From contig JBGANV010000002.1 of the NCBI GenBank assembly GCA_044222185.1, forward strand, positions 672,001 to 736,000: a stretch of DNA of 64,000 nt, in the 5' to 3' direction. The position numbers were made by a program, and so were the translations under genes. The DNA comes from Planctomycetota bacterium. Lineage in GTDB: Bacteria > Planctomycetota > GCA-002687715 > CAIWVZ01. The notes beneath the pieces were generated by a model. It had not been told where the DNA came from, did no database searches, and saw only the letters and a program-made list of their open reading frames with translations. Shown here piece after piece: positions 1-9,047 of this stretch (within the stretch, counting starts at the first letter, position 1; each line of letters begins with the position of its first letter).

Positions 1-1541
1 CTGCGCAGCCGGGCGGCTGCGGCGTGGGAAGCCATGCTGCAGCGTACTTTGGCACGGCGTTCAGCGAACTCGGCTATGCGTGCGCAGGTGCGGGCGACGT
101 GAACTGCGATGGATTCGATGACCTCATCGTCGGTGCGCCTGGTACTCCGACGGCAACGCCGGGTGGTGGGCCTGGGGCCGTGCTGCTCCTCGCTGGTGGG
201 CCGGCGACGTCGACGCTCGTTCCGCTGCTTTCACTACACGGGTCCAGTCTCACGTACACTTTGGGAACAACGGTTGCGGGTGGCCAGGACCTTACGGGGG
301 ATTGGATCGCGGATGTCGTCGTCGGCGAGGGTCGGTACTGCCCAGCAGGAGGCGCGTCGAGCTCGACAGGCTACGATCTTTGGGCACGCATCATTGCGGG
401 CGGTTCGTCGCCGGCCATCTTCGGAGCCGGCATGACCCTTCCTGCGCTTGGCTCCGGGTTCGCGGGTGGCGACCTCGGTCTCTCCGTAGGCCGACCGGGG
501 CCGACGTCGCAACCCGCGGGTATCATCGCGTCGCCGATCCGGACTGCCGGGCTGCTTGGTTCCGGGGCAGGAACAACCGGTAACCAGGTGCGCGGTCCGC
601 ACGTGTTCGGCGCAGCCGGAAATCCATTCTTCGCGTCCCAGCCGATCTCGCACACGGGTTGCATCGGTTCGAGCGCCTCGTTTACAGCTGGTATCAACGC
701 CGCGAGCCTCGCGAGCGGAGTTTCACCAAGTATTCAATGGGAGCACGATGGCGTTTCGATCGTGGGCGCCACATCGCCGACCTTGACCGTCGGACCGATC
801 ACCCAGAGCGATGCCGGTCAGTATGTCTGCCGTGTGACCTTCTGTGGTCGCTCGTTCTCGAGCACCGTTGCTGTTTTGGCCGTTGCAAGTCCGGCGTTCA
901 TCGCCCCGCCTGCGCCGCAGACCTGTTGCGTGGGGGGGGTCGCCACATTCAATGCCCACCTGTCGTCGCCACTGACGGGCGTCACGTTTCAGTGGTTCAG
1001 GGATTCGACGCCGGTCACGAATGGTCCATCAGTCGTCGGCGCAACCGGGCCGACTCTCCATCTGTCGTCGGTGACTGTCGCCGATACGGGCACGTACTCA
1101 GTCGCAGCGACGACGTCTGGCTGTACGACGTTTAGCGGCGGCGCCACCCTCACGTTGGCGCCGGTCGGCAGTCCTGCGCTCGCCATGCGTGGATCCGCGG
1201 CGATCGGGGACTTCGTTTTGGCGATTCGCTGCGGACCACCAGGTGCGTATTTCTTCACCGCAATCTCATTCGATCCCCCGAATGTATCGGCGCACGGCAG
1301 TGGCTGGTGGCGAGGGTTGTTCATCCCGATCGGCCAGTTCATCGACGAGCTGAACCTAGCCGTCGGAGGTATCCCGCCGTTTGGTGGGACTTTGGATCCA
1401 ACGGGCAACTACGACTTCGCGCTTCCGCCCGGCACGCTGCCGCCGTTCCTCTCCGGAAACGCCGTCGGTGCGGTGACACTCGTCGTCCCATCTGTACCGG
1501 GGATGCCTGACGCCTCCACGGTCGCCATCCTCCAGCTTTGA
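1..1541 (+). CDS. FG-GAP (integrin alpha beta-propeller) repeat and tandem Ig-like (I-set) domain secreted protein, 5'-truncated by the window edge
   Basis: The frame is open back to the window start. FG-GAP motifs AGAGDVNCDGFDDLIVGAP and GGQDLTGDWIADVVVG. Two Ig I-set domains (IQWEHDG...SDAGQYVC; FQWFRD...ADTGTYSV). An extra C-terminal domain of about 120 aa. Confidence 0.8.
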   Translation, partial: AQPGGCGVGSHAAAYFGTAFSELGYACAGAGDVNCDGFDDLIVGAPGTPTATPGGGPGAVLLLAGGPATSTLVPLLSLHGSSLTYTLGTTVAGGQDLTGDWIADVVVGEGRYCPAGGASSSTGYDLWARIIAGGSSPAIFGAGMTLPALGSGFAGGDLGLSVGRPGPTSQPAGIIASPIRTAGLLGSGAGTTGNQVRGPHVFGAAGNPFFASQPISHTGCIGSSASFTAGINAASLASGVSPSIQWEHDGVSIVGATSPTLTVGPITQSDAGQYVCRVTFCGRSFSSTVAVLAVASPAFIAPPAPQTCCVGGVATFNAHLSSPLTGVTFQWFRDSTPVTNGPSVVGATGPTLHLSSVTVADTGTYSVAATTSGCTTFSGGATLTLAPVGSPALAMRGSAAIGDFVLAIRCGPPGAYFFTAISFDPPNVSAHGSGWWRGLFIPIGQFIDELNLAVGGIPPFGGTLDPTGNYDFALPPGTLPPFLSGNAVGAVTLVVPSVPGMPDASTVAILQL

Positions 1542-1546
1542 GCGCA

Positions 1547-4093
1547 TCATTCCTCAAGTCGGCGGATCGGACGAATCCCAATGGCGCGGTTGGCGTTTGA
1601 TCGACCCGTGGGAGTTCGATCGTGGGTCATAGTTTTCTCGACGGCACCTAGCCAGCCCGCGCCCTTGAATACGATCTCGGACGGCGTTCGTTCATCTGAT
1701 GGCCGCGCTGCGGAGTTTCGATGTTGTCCATCAGAATCCGGATCAATCAATGATCCATCGCCAGCTCGGCGCGGCCATTGTTTCTCGACGGCCGCGTCCG
1801 CGCAAAACTCGGCGACGTTTCCATATACGTCGTATAAGCCGAACCCGTTCGGGCGCAGCGAACCGACGGGCGCCGTGACTAGGTACGAGTCGCTCCAGGG
1901 CGCGGGAACCGGACCAGAGTCGGGTTCGCCCGGTTGGAGCTCGGCGCTTCGCCGCCGTGCCGTCGTGTCCCATATGTTTGCGAACTGACTGAGCTGGGAT
2001 TCGTCGTCCCCGAAGAACCACCGTGTGTCGTCGTTCATCCCACCGCGGGCCGCATACTCCCACTGTGGCTCCGTTGGGAGTGCGTAGCCATACCTCGACA
2101 ACACAAACCGAGCTTCCTCCCATGTCACGTTCTCCAGGGGTAGTCGGTCCGAGACGATCTGGGGCTCGTCGCCCAGCACCACTTGACCTGATTGGAACGC
2201 GCTCCGATTCCTGCCCCCCAATCGTGTCCATTGAAGCTGTGTGAGCTCAAACTTCGAGACAAAGAACGGATCGAGGGCAACAACTGGCCCCAGAGGTGCC
2301 CTGCCCGCTTGGCCTCGCGGCGACCAGCTCCCGGCCGGCAGGAGGACGAACACCAATCCACTGTTCCCGTCGACCAGTAGTTGTCCATTGGGTGCGCGCG
2401 ATGGCACGGTCCCAACCGCTGAGAACGCGCACAGGAACTCCCAGAGCCCAGTGTCGGGGTTGGCCCCGAGTGGGATCAGTCCGAACTGTGGCCGTATGGA
2501 GAGGCCGCCGTAAATGGGAGATGCGGCGATCTCCTTTGACGCATTGCGCCAAGCGTCGCTCGCGTGCGCGGTCGCCTGCATTGCGGCGTCCAGTCGCGCG
2601 AGCATGAACTCGACGCCGGTCCCTGGAGACGCTAGCCCGTAGCCCCGGAAAAGGCTCTCGAGAGGATCGATGGCCCAGGCCACAAAGCCATCCACTTCAG
2701 GGCACGCGGCCCTCAGCGAGGCAACTGCGCCGGAATCCCGGCGGAGCGAAAGCAGCCGATCCCGGAAGTTCACGAATTGCGGGCGCGCGGCTTCCCGTGC
2801 CGGAGGGAGGTTGCGGAACTGGAGTTCTGCCGTCGCAATGACGTCGGCCATTCGGATCGCGAGTCGGAGCAAGTCCGACGTACGTGACTGGCTGATCGCC
2901 AGCATCGACGTGCCAACGACACCTCCAAGGAGCGATAATGCCAATCCGAGGCAAGCAGCGGCGAGCCCAGGATTACCCCGACTCCACGAACGAAACCGGC
3001 CGATTGCTCCAAGTGGGCGAGCGCGCACCGGTTCGCCCCTGCGCAGACGCGCGACTTCGTCCGCGAGGTCCGCCGCCGCTTGGTACCGCCGGTCGCAATC
3101 CTTGGACAATGCGGTCTCGATGACGGCTTCGTGGTCACGAGAGAGCGCGTGGTTCAACGTCCGAAGTCGGATCGGTTCTTTCGTTGCGATCTGCTGGAAG
3201 AGCCCGGCTCGGGTCGGAGCGTCGAACGGACGGACCCCGGCGAGGCCCTCGTACAGAACGACCCCGAGCGACCAGACATCCGTGCGTCTGTCGACTGGGA
3301 CGCGCTTTCCAAGAAGTTGTTCTGGCGACATGTAGGCAGGGCTGCCCGTGATGTCGCCGCTCTGAGTCACGTCTGAGTCATCCAGCGACTGATCTAAGGC
3401 AATACCAAAATCCACAACGACGGGTTCGCCGTTTGGGTCGATGATGATGTTGGCCGGTTTCACGTCCCGGTGGACGACACCGGCTTCGTGGGCGCGATGC
3501 AACGCATGCGCAACCTTCTCGATCCACAGCAGGAACGTTTCCGGGTCGAGCGGAGCGCGGCCTCGCTCCGCCATTACCTTCGCGAGCGAACGCCCCGGTA
3601 CATATCGCAGCGCGAGGTATGGGTTCCCGTCAACCTCGCCCACATCGAAAACGGGGGCCACCCCCGGAACATCAAGACGCGCGAGGATCCGTGCCTCTCG
3701 ACGAAATCGCTCGAGAGCGCGCGCGTTGGTCGGCCCTGTGCGTCGGAGGATTTTTAGGGCAACACTCCGACCAAGTCGCGGGTCCTCGGCCCGGAACACC
3801 TCACCGAACCCGCCCGCACCAAGTCGCTCGACAAGAAGGTATGGCCCGTATCGAACCGCATCCACCATCGCGCTCCGTGTATGTGCTTCCTCGCCGTGGA
3901 CTTGTGCCGGCGTTCGTGGAGCTCCGACTCGCGCCAGCGCTACGTCGAGAGCGGCCGCAAATCCTGGGAACGCGCGACGGTAGTCGTCCGGTGTGCGCAG
4001 CATCCCTTGCTCTCGGTCGGCCACGATCGCGCGAATGAGCTCCGCGACGACCCCATCGTCAGTGGCTGGTTCTTGTTCCGCAGATCCACTCAT
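1547..4093 (-). CDS. Ser/Thr protein kinase with a TM segment and C-terminal FGE-sulfatase (SUMF1-like) domain
   Basis: LGAGGFGEV, VALK, HRDVKPANI, DFG and GSPAYMSPEQ kinase motifs. Hydrophobic segment LAAACLGLALSLLGGVVG. FGE motifs SKFELT, LPTEPQWEYAARG and PNGFGLYDVYGNVAEFC. Start moved to ATG 4093, which has GAGG upstream. Confidence 0.9.
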   Translation of the reverse strand: MSGSAEQEPATDDGVVAELIRAIVADREQGMLRTPDDYRRAFPGFAAALDVALARVGAPRTPAQVHGEEAHTRSAMVDAVRYGPYLLVERLGAGGFGEVFRAEDPRLGRSVALKILRRTGPTNARALERFRREARILARLDVPGVAPVFDVGEVDGNPYLALRYVPGRSLAKVMAERGRAPLDPETFLLWIEKVAHALHRAHEAGVVHRDVKPANIIIDPNGEPVVVDFGIALDQSLDDSDVTQSGDITGSPAYMSPEQLLGKRVPVDRRTDVWSLGVVLYEGLAGVRPFDAPTRAGLFQQIATKEPIRLRTLNHALSRDHEAVIETALSKDCDRRYQAAADLADEVARLRRGEPVRARPLGAIGRFRSWSRGNPGLAAACLGLALSLLGGVVGTSMLAISQSRTSDLLRLAIRMADVIATAELQFRNLPPAREAARPQFVNFRDRLLSLRRDSGAVASLRAACPEVDGFVAWAIDPLESLFRGYGLASPGTGVEFMLARLDAAMQATAHASDAWRNASKEIAASPIYGGLSIRPQFGLIPLGANPDTGLWEFLCAFSAVGTVPSRAPNGQLLVDGNSGLVFVLLPAGSWSPRGQAGRAPLGPVVALDPFFVSKFELTQLQWTRLGGRNRSAFQSGQVVLGDEPQIVSDRLPLENVTWEEARFVLSRYGYALPTEPQWEYAARGGMNDDTRWFFGDDESQLSQFANIWDTTARRRSAELQPGEPDSGPVPAPWSDSYLVTAPVGSLRPNGFGLYDVYGNVAEFCADAAVEKQWPRRAGDGSLIDPDSDGQHRNSAARPSDERTPSEIVFKGAGWLGAVEKTMTHDRTPTGRSNANRAIGIRPIRRLEE

Positions 4094-4111
4094 GGCTGTA
4101 ACCTCTGCCGC

Positions 4112-4768
4112 ATGAGCCCAGTGAGTAGCCCGAACTACGGTGATCAGGACCACGCACAAACGACGCTTCGAGTTCGCGAGGCCGCGCGCGGGGACCGAAC
4201 TGCGACCGAGTGGGTCGTCGGTCATCTTACGCCGGTGCTCGTCGCAGCGGCCGACTATCATCTACGTGGGACGCCGCACGGCAAGTGCGACGCAGAGGAT
4301 GTCGTCCAGGAGACATGGCTCGTCGCGCTTCCGAAGTTCGGCTCGCTCGTGGAACGAAGCGGACGGCTTACCCCGGTCTTGATGACTTTCCTGGGGACGA
4401 TCCTGCATCGTCAGATCGGTCGTTCGTGGCGACGAGGCGGCGCCATCGGACGGGGGACGCGGCAGATCGACCCAGACGTCGAGTACGATCCCACTGACAC
4501 GCGCACAGGTGTCGTGACCGCCGCGTCACGCTCCGAGTCGGCTTCACGCGTGCAGGATGCACTTGCCGCGATGCCGGACGAGGTCCGCGAAATCCTTATT
4601 TTGCGAGGAGTTGATGGGCTTTCATATGAGGAGATCGCGACGAGGCTGAAGATAACTGCCGGCGCCGGCAGGGTCCGCTATTTTCGCGCCCTCGACCGAC
4701 TTCGCTCCGCACTTCCGGGTGACTTTCTCGAGGAGTGGCGCGGGTTCGAGAGCTCCGGTGACGCATAG
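4112..4768 (+). CDS. ECF-type sigma-70 family RNA polymerase sigma factor
   Basis: Region 2 DAEDVVQETW. Region 4 REILILRGVDGLSYEEIATRL...RALDRLR. Start ATG 4112, or GTG 4121. Confidence 0.88.
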   Translation: MSPVSSPNYGDQDHAQTTLRVREAARGDRTATEWVVGHLTPVLVAAADYHLRGTPHGKCDAEDVVQETWLVALPKFGSLVERSGRLTPVLMTFLGTILHRQIGRSWRRGGAIGRGTRQIDPDVEYDPTDTRTGVVTAASRSESASRVQDALAAMPDEVREILILRGVDGLSYEEIATRLKITAGAGRVRYFRALDRLRSALPGDFLEEWRGFESSGDA

Positions 4769-5150
4769 GCAGACTTCAGGACAGGGTGCTCAGCCCCAGT
4801 GCACCGGGTGAGGACTTGGAAGCTGACGTCCGGGCGCGGCCTCGCAGTCGCGGTCGTGTGCGGTTTGCGGCCGCGCGCGGAATCCCTGGGCGAGCTTGCA
4901 TGAGGACCTCGCACCCGTGGGTCGTTGGTCAGCATGAGCACGTTCTCGAGATGTACGTGGCACCCACAGCCGGAGCGGATGCCCGGGTGTCGGCCCGCGG
5001 GTGGCACATGAGGCTCGTCTTTCGCTGCGCCTCGACCAAGATCCAGGAACTCGAGACGGACGAGGGTCCAGTTGACACAGCGTCGATCCCACCATGGACG
5101 CCATCGTCCCCCGGTGGGACTATCGTGCTCACCGCTCGACGGCGATCCTG

Positions 5151-6299
5151 ATGGCGTTTCGATTTCTTCACACATCCGACTGGCAGATCGGCATGCACGC
5201 GGCGCACATCGCGGGGCAGGCGGCCGTGGTTCGGGCGGCGCGGCTTCAGGCGGCGCGGCGGGTGATCGAGATCGGGAACGGGGCAGGCGTGGACGCGGTC
5301 ATTCTGGCCGGCGACACGTTCGAGGCGTCGGATGTGCCTGCGGGGGCGGTGCAGGACGTGGTCGACATCCTGCGAGAATCGCGCGCGCCGGTGTTCGTCT
5401 TGCCGGCAAACCATGACCCGTTGGTGCCTCGGGGCATCTTCGAACACCGCGCCTGGCAGGACGCCGCGCCGCGAGTGTCGGTGCTGCGGGAGGCGCAGGT
5501 GGTGGCGGTCGGCGACGCCGATCTCCTCGCCTGCCCGCTGCGCACGCGAACCTCCACGCAGGATCCGACGGCGTGGATCTCGGCGCCCGCGGCGTCGTCG
5601 CGCATCCGCGTGGCCGTCGCGCACGGATCGCTCGTGGGCGCCGGCGCCGCCGACGGCGACGTGGAAGACGATTTCCCCATCGACCGTTGCGTCGTGGCGC
5701 GGGCGCAGCTCGACTACCTCGCGCTGGGGCATTGGCACCGACCCTCGACCTACGACGTCGGCGGGGCGACCCGCGTGGCGTACTGCGGTTCGCATGAACC
5801 CACGAAGTTCGGCGAGATGTCGCAGGACGGCACGCGCCGCAGCGGCGAGATCCTCGTCGTCACCATCGACGCGCCCGGAGCTGCGCCGCGACTCGAACGC
5901 CATCGCACGGCCGTGCTCGACTGGCGGCAACAGGCCGTCGAGGTACACGGCGTCGACGACCTGCTCGCCCTGCGCCGGCAGCTCGACGGCGAGCCGCCCG
6001 CGTCGCGCGAACGCTCACTTCTCGAGCTATCGCTGACGGGCGAGCTTCCGCTGACCGCGCGCGGCGAGGTCGTGGAGCTCGAAACGCTGGCGCGAAAACG
6101 ATTCCTCTTCGCCAGAATCCGCTCGGAGCTTCGCTTCACCACGGCGGGCGACGATTGGCTCGCGAGCGTGCCCGCGGGTGCTCCGGCGCGCGCGGCGAAG
6201 CGCCTGGCGGAGGCTTCGGCGAAGGACGATCCCGCGTCCGAATCGGCCCGACGGGCCCTCGATCTGCTGTCGGCAATCGTCCGCGGAGGCGGCCGTTGA
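5151..6299 (+). CDS. Mre11/SbcD-like metallophosphoesterase DNA repair nuclease (YhaO-like)
   Basis: Phosphoesterase motifs HTSDWQIG, AGDTFE, PANHD, AHG and ALGHWH. Coupled to the downstream SMC-like ATPase. Confidence 0.9.
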   Translation: MAFRFLHTSDWQIGMHAAHIAGQAAVVRAARLQAARRVIEIGNGAGVDAVILAGDTFEASDVPAGAVQDVVDILRESRAPVFVLPANHDPLVPRGIFEHRAWQDAAPRVSVLREAQVVAVGDADLLACPLRTRTSTQDPTAWISAPAASSRIRVAVAHGSLVGAGAADGDVEDDFPIDRCVVARAQLDYLALGHWHRPSTYDVGGATRVAYCGSHEPTKFGEMSQDGTRRSGEILVVTIDAPGAAPRLERHRTAVLDWRQQAVEVHGVDDLLALRRQLDGEPPASRERSLLELSLTGELPLTARGEVVELETLARKRFLFARIRSELRFTTAGDDWLASVPAGAPARAAKRLAEASAKDDPASESARRALDLLSAIVRGGGR

Positions 6300-9037
6300 T
6301 CCTGCGCCGACTCGCCGTGCGCAACTTCGCCGGCCTCAACCCGGGTGCGACGATCTCCTCCTTCTCGCCGTCGATCACGGTGGTGCAGGGACCGAACGGC
6401 TCGGGCAAGTCGACGCTGATGCGCGCGCTGACCTTCGCGCTCTACCAGCGGCACGGGATCACGAGCGCGGACGCGCGAGCCCAGATCGTCCCCGTGGGCG
6501 CGGACGTGGCCCCTTCCGTCGAACTGGATTTCGAGTCGGCCGGCGAGACCTGGCGGATCGCGAAGCGTTTCTTCAAAGGTCCTCGATCCGAACTCTTCCG
6601 CCTGCGGGGCGGGCAGTTCGAAGCGGTGGCGGACGGCGAGGCCGCGGACGCCCGCGTTCGCGACCTCGTCGGCGCGGCGATCCCCGGACGCGGGCTGGCG
6701 GACGCGTCCCTGCGCGGCATCGGCGAGATCCTGCTGGCCGACCAGGGACGACTGCGATTCGACGGGGCGCTCGGCGAACCCGCGCGGCGGACGCTGCGCG
6801 ACATCATTCACGACGTATCCACGACGAGCGACGCCCAGGCCGTGATCGACGAGGTCCGTCGGCGGTGGTCGGCGATCTTCACGCCCAAGGGCGAGAAGGT
6901 CCGCGGCAAGAACGCCGCACCCGAGGTGGCGACCGCAAGCGAACTGGAGACCGCTCGCACCGACCTCGCTCAGGTGAAGGCTCAACTGACGGAGGCCCAG
7001 GCCATCGAGGACGAGCTCTCGGGCCTCGCGGCGCAGGTCGAGGCCGTGGAGGAGGAGCGCGCTCGGCGCCTCGCCGACGCCGAGCGTTCGGACGCCGATC
7101 TACACGAGTGGGTCCGTCGCAGCGCCGCCCTGGAATCGTTGACGAAATCGGCCGCACGCACGGCGGTGGATGCGGAGGACCTGCGCCGGCGCTGCGCCGC
7201 GATCGCGGCCGCACGGCTCAGACTGGCCGAGTTGGAGAAGGCCCGCGAATCACGGGAGCAGCGCCATCGCGACGCGGAGCGCGCCCTGGCGCTCGCCCAG
7301 CAGGCGTGGAACGTGGCTGACGAGTTGGCGCGCATCCCCGATGCCCACCGCGCCGAGTTGGAGAAACTGGACGCGTCCGTGGCCGACGCCCAGGAATGTC
7401 GCACGCGCGGAGCCGACCTCGCGGCCCTGACCGAGCGCCTCGAGCGTTTCGATGCCCTCGCGCGCGAGGCCGCCGACCTCGTGGCGCGGCTTGCGGCGCA
7501 GACTCGTCCCGCGCGTACCGAGCTGGAACGCCTCCGTGCGACCCTCGAACAGATCGCGCGCCTCGATGCGCGACTCGACGCCGTGCGACTGCGGATCCGG
7601 CTGACGGCTCATCGCGACCTCACCGTCGACGACGGCAGCGGTGCGCGGGCCGTGCCCGCGGGCGGAACGCTCGAAATCACCGGGGACGATCTTCTCCGTG
7701 CCGAGCTGGCCGGGATCGCGTCGATCGACGTCACCGGCCCCGCCTCATCAGACCGCGAAGCCTGGCGGGGCGAGCGCGACCGACTGAATCGGGAGTTCGA
7801 GATCGTGGCCGCGCCCTTCGGCACGCGTGACCGCCTGATCCTCGAACGCCTCGCGGACGAGCGCCACGACCTCGAGCGGCGCCTCGCGGACCTGGACGGC
7901 CGCCGCGCCCTCGTCTTCAAGTCGGAGTCCGAGGCGAACGCCGCCCGGGAACGCGGGCGCTCGAACTCGGACGTGATCCGCTCGCTCGTGGCGCGCAACG
8001 AAGACTGGCTCGGTGTCGCACCTGGCGAGGTCGAGGTCGCCGATCTGCGCCGTCGCCGGGATCGGCTCGCGCAGGTCGTGTCGACCGCGGATGCGCGTCG
8101 TCGCGAGCGGGTCGATGAGGCGCGAGCGACGCTGGATCGCTGTCGTACGGATCGAGAGCTGACGTCGTCCGAATTGGCGCAAGCCGACCTGAAGCTCCAC
8201 GAGACGCGGCGCGAGCTGGAGATCCTGACGAACGACGGCCGCGAGGACGCCACGCGCGACGACGCGGCGCGTCGCCTCGCGGACGAGGCGCGGCGTCTCG
8301 CCGACGACGTCCGACTGCGCCAGCAGGAACTCGAGACGCTGGGCGATCCGCAGGCGCGGATGAAGCAGTCGAAGGGCGCGATCGACGCCATCGACGGGCG
8401 ACTGAGCCAGGCTCGGCGGCGACACGCCGAACTCGCGGGCCGGCTCGACGGGATTCGTGCGCGCGGGCTGTGGTCGAAGGCAGGCGAGCTGGAGGAGTCG
8501 GTCACGCTGCTCGAAGGGCGCCTGCGCGACCAACAGGCGGAGGCGGCGGCCCTGGATCTCCTCCACCGCACTCTCGAGGAGGAACTCCAACTCGGAATCG
8601 AACGCGTCGTCGAACCCGTGCGGGTGAAACTCGAACGGCTCGTGCGGCACACCTTCGGCCAGCGCATGGCGGTTCCGCTGGGCGAGGGGCTCGTGCCCGA
8701 TCGCGTGGCCGACGAGCAGGGGCGGACCCTGTCGCTGGATCAGCTTTCTGCGGGCGCGGCCGATCAGCTGGCGTTGCTGGCGCGGATCGGGATCGGAGAG
8801 GTTTATGCCGAGCGGGCGGGCCGCCACGCCCTCGTGCTCGACGACCCGCTGGTGAATGCCGATCGCGAGCGGCGACTGCGAATCCTGGACATCCTCGTGG
8901 GCGCGCTCTCTCACCTTCAAATCGTGATCTTCACCTGCCACCCCGAGCACTACGCTGGCTTGCCGGCCGACCGGACCGAGTGGATCGAGGTGGCGTCGGC
9001 GCGCCGCGCACTCGCGGACGGCGCGGACGCGCGATAG
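6296..9037 (+). CDS. Rad50/SbcC-like SMC-family ATPase (YhaN-like)
   Basis: Walker A GPNGSGKST, a long coiled coil, signature LSAGAADQ, Walker B LVLDDPLVNAD and H-loop FTCH. TTG start overlaps the upstream TGA (TTGA 6296-6299), with GGAGG at 6285-6289. Confidence 0.9.
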   Translation: MILRRLAVRNFAGLNPGATISSFSPSITVVQGPNGSGKSTLMRALTFALYQRHGITSADARAQIVPVGADVAPSVELDFESAGETWRIAKRFFKGPRSELFRLRGGQFEAVADGEAADARVRDLVGAAIPGRGLADASLRGIGEILLADQGRLRFDGALGEPARRTLRDIIHDVSTTSDAQAVIDEVRRRWSAIFTPKGEKVRGKNAAPEVATASELETARTDLAQVKAQLTEAQAIEDELSGLAAQVEAVEEERARRLADAERSDADLHEWVRRSAALESLTKSAARTAVDAEDLRRRCAAIAAARLRLAELEKARESREQRHRDAERALALAQQAWNVADELARIPDAHRAELEKLDASVADAQECRTRGADLAALTERLERFDALAREAADLVARLAAQTRPARTELERLRATLEQIARLDARLDAVRLRIRLTAHRDLTVDDGSGARAVPAGGTLEITGDDLLRAELAGIASIDVTGPASSDREAWRGERDRLNREFEIVAAPFGTRDRLILERLADERHDLERRLADLDGRRALVFKSESEANAARERGRSNSDVIRSLVARNEDWLGVAPGEVEVADLRRRRDRLAQVVSTADARRRERVDEARATLDRCRTDRELTSSELAQADLKLHETRRELEILTNDGREDATRDDAARRLADEARRLADDVRLRQQELETLGDPQARMKQSKGAIDAIDGRLSQARRRHAELAGRLDGIRARGLWSKAGELEESVTLLEGRLRDQQAEAAALDLLHRTLEEELQLGIERVVEPVRVKLERLVRHTFGQRMAVPLGEGLVPDRVADEQGRTLSLDQLSAGAADQLALLARIGIGEVYAERAGRHALVLDDPLVNADRERRLRILDILVGALSHLQIVIFTCHPEHYAGLPADRTEWIEVASARRALADGADAR

Positions 9038-9047
9038 CCTGCGGGCG

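Noticed and set aside
1547-2000. FGE domains as diversity-generating retroelement targets
   Set aside because: No reverse transcriptase and no template/variable repeat pair differing at adenines is visible in the window.
4786-5151. 121-aa ORF between the ECF and the Mre11-like gene
   Set aside because: No RBS or recognisable motif. It is probably intergenic or a remnant at the composition boundary.
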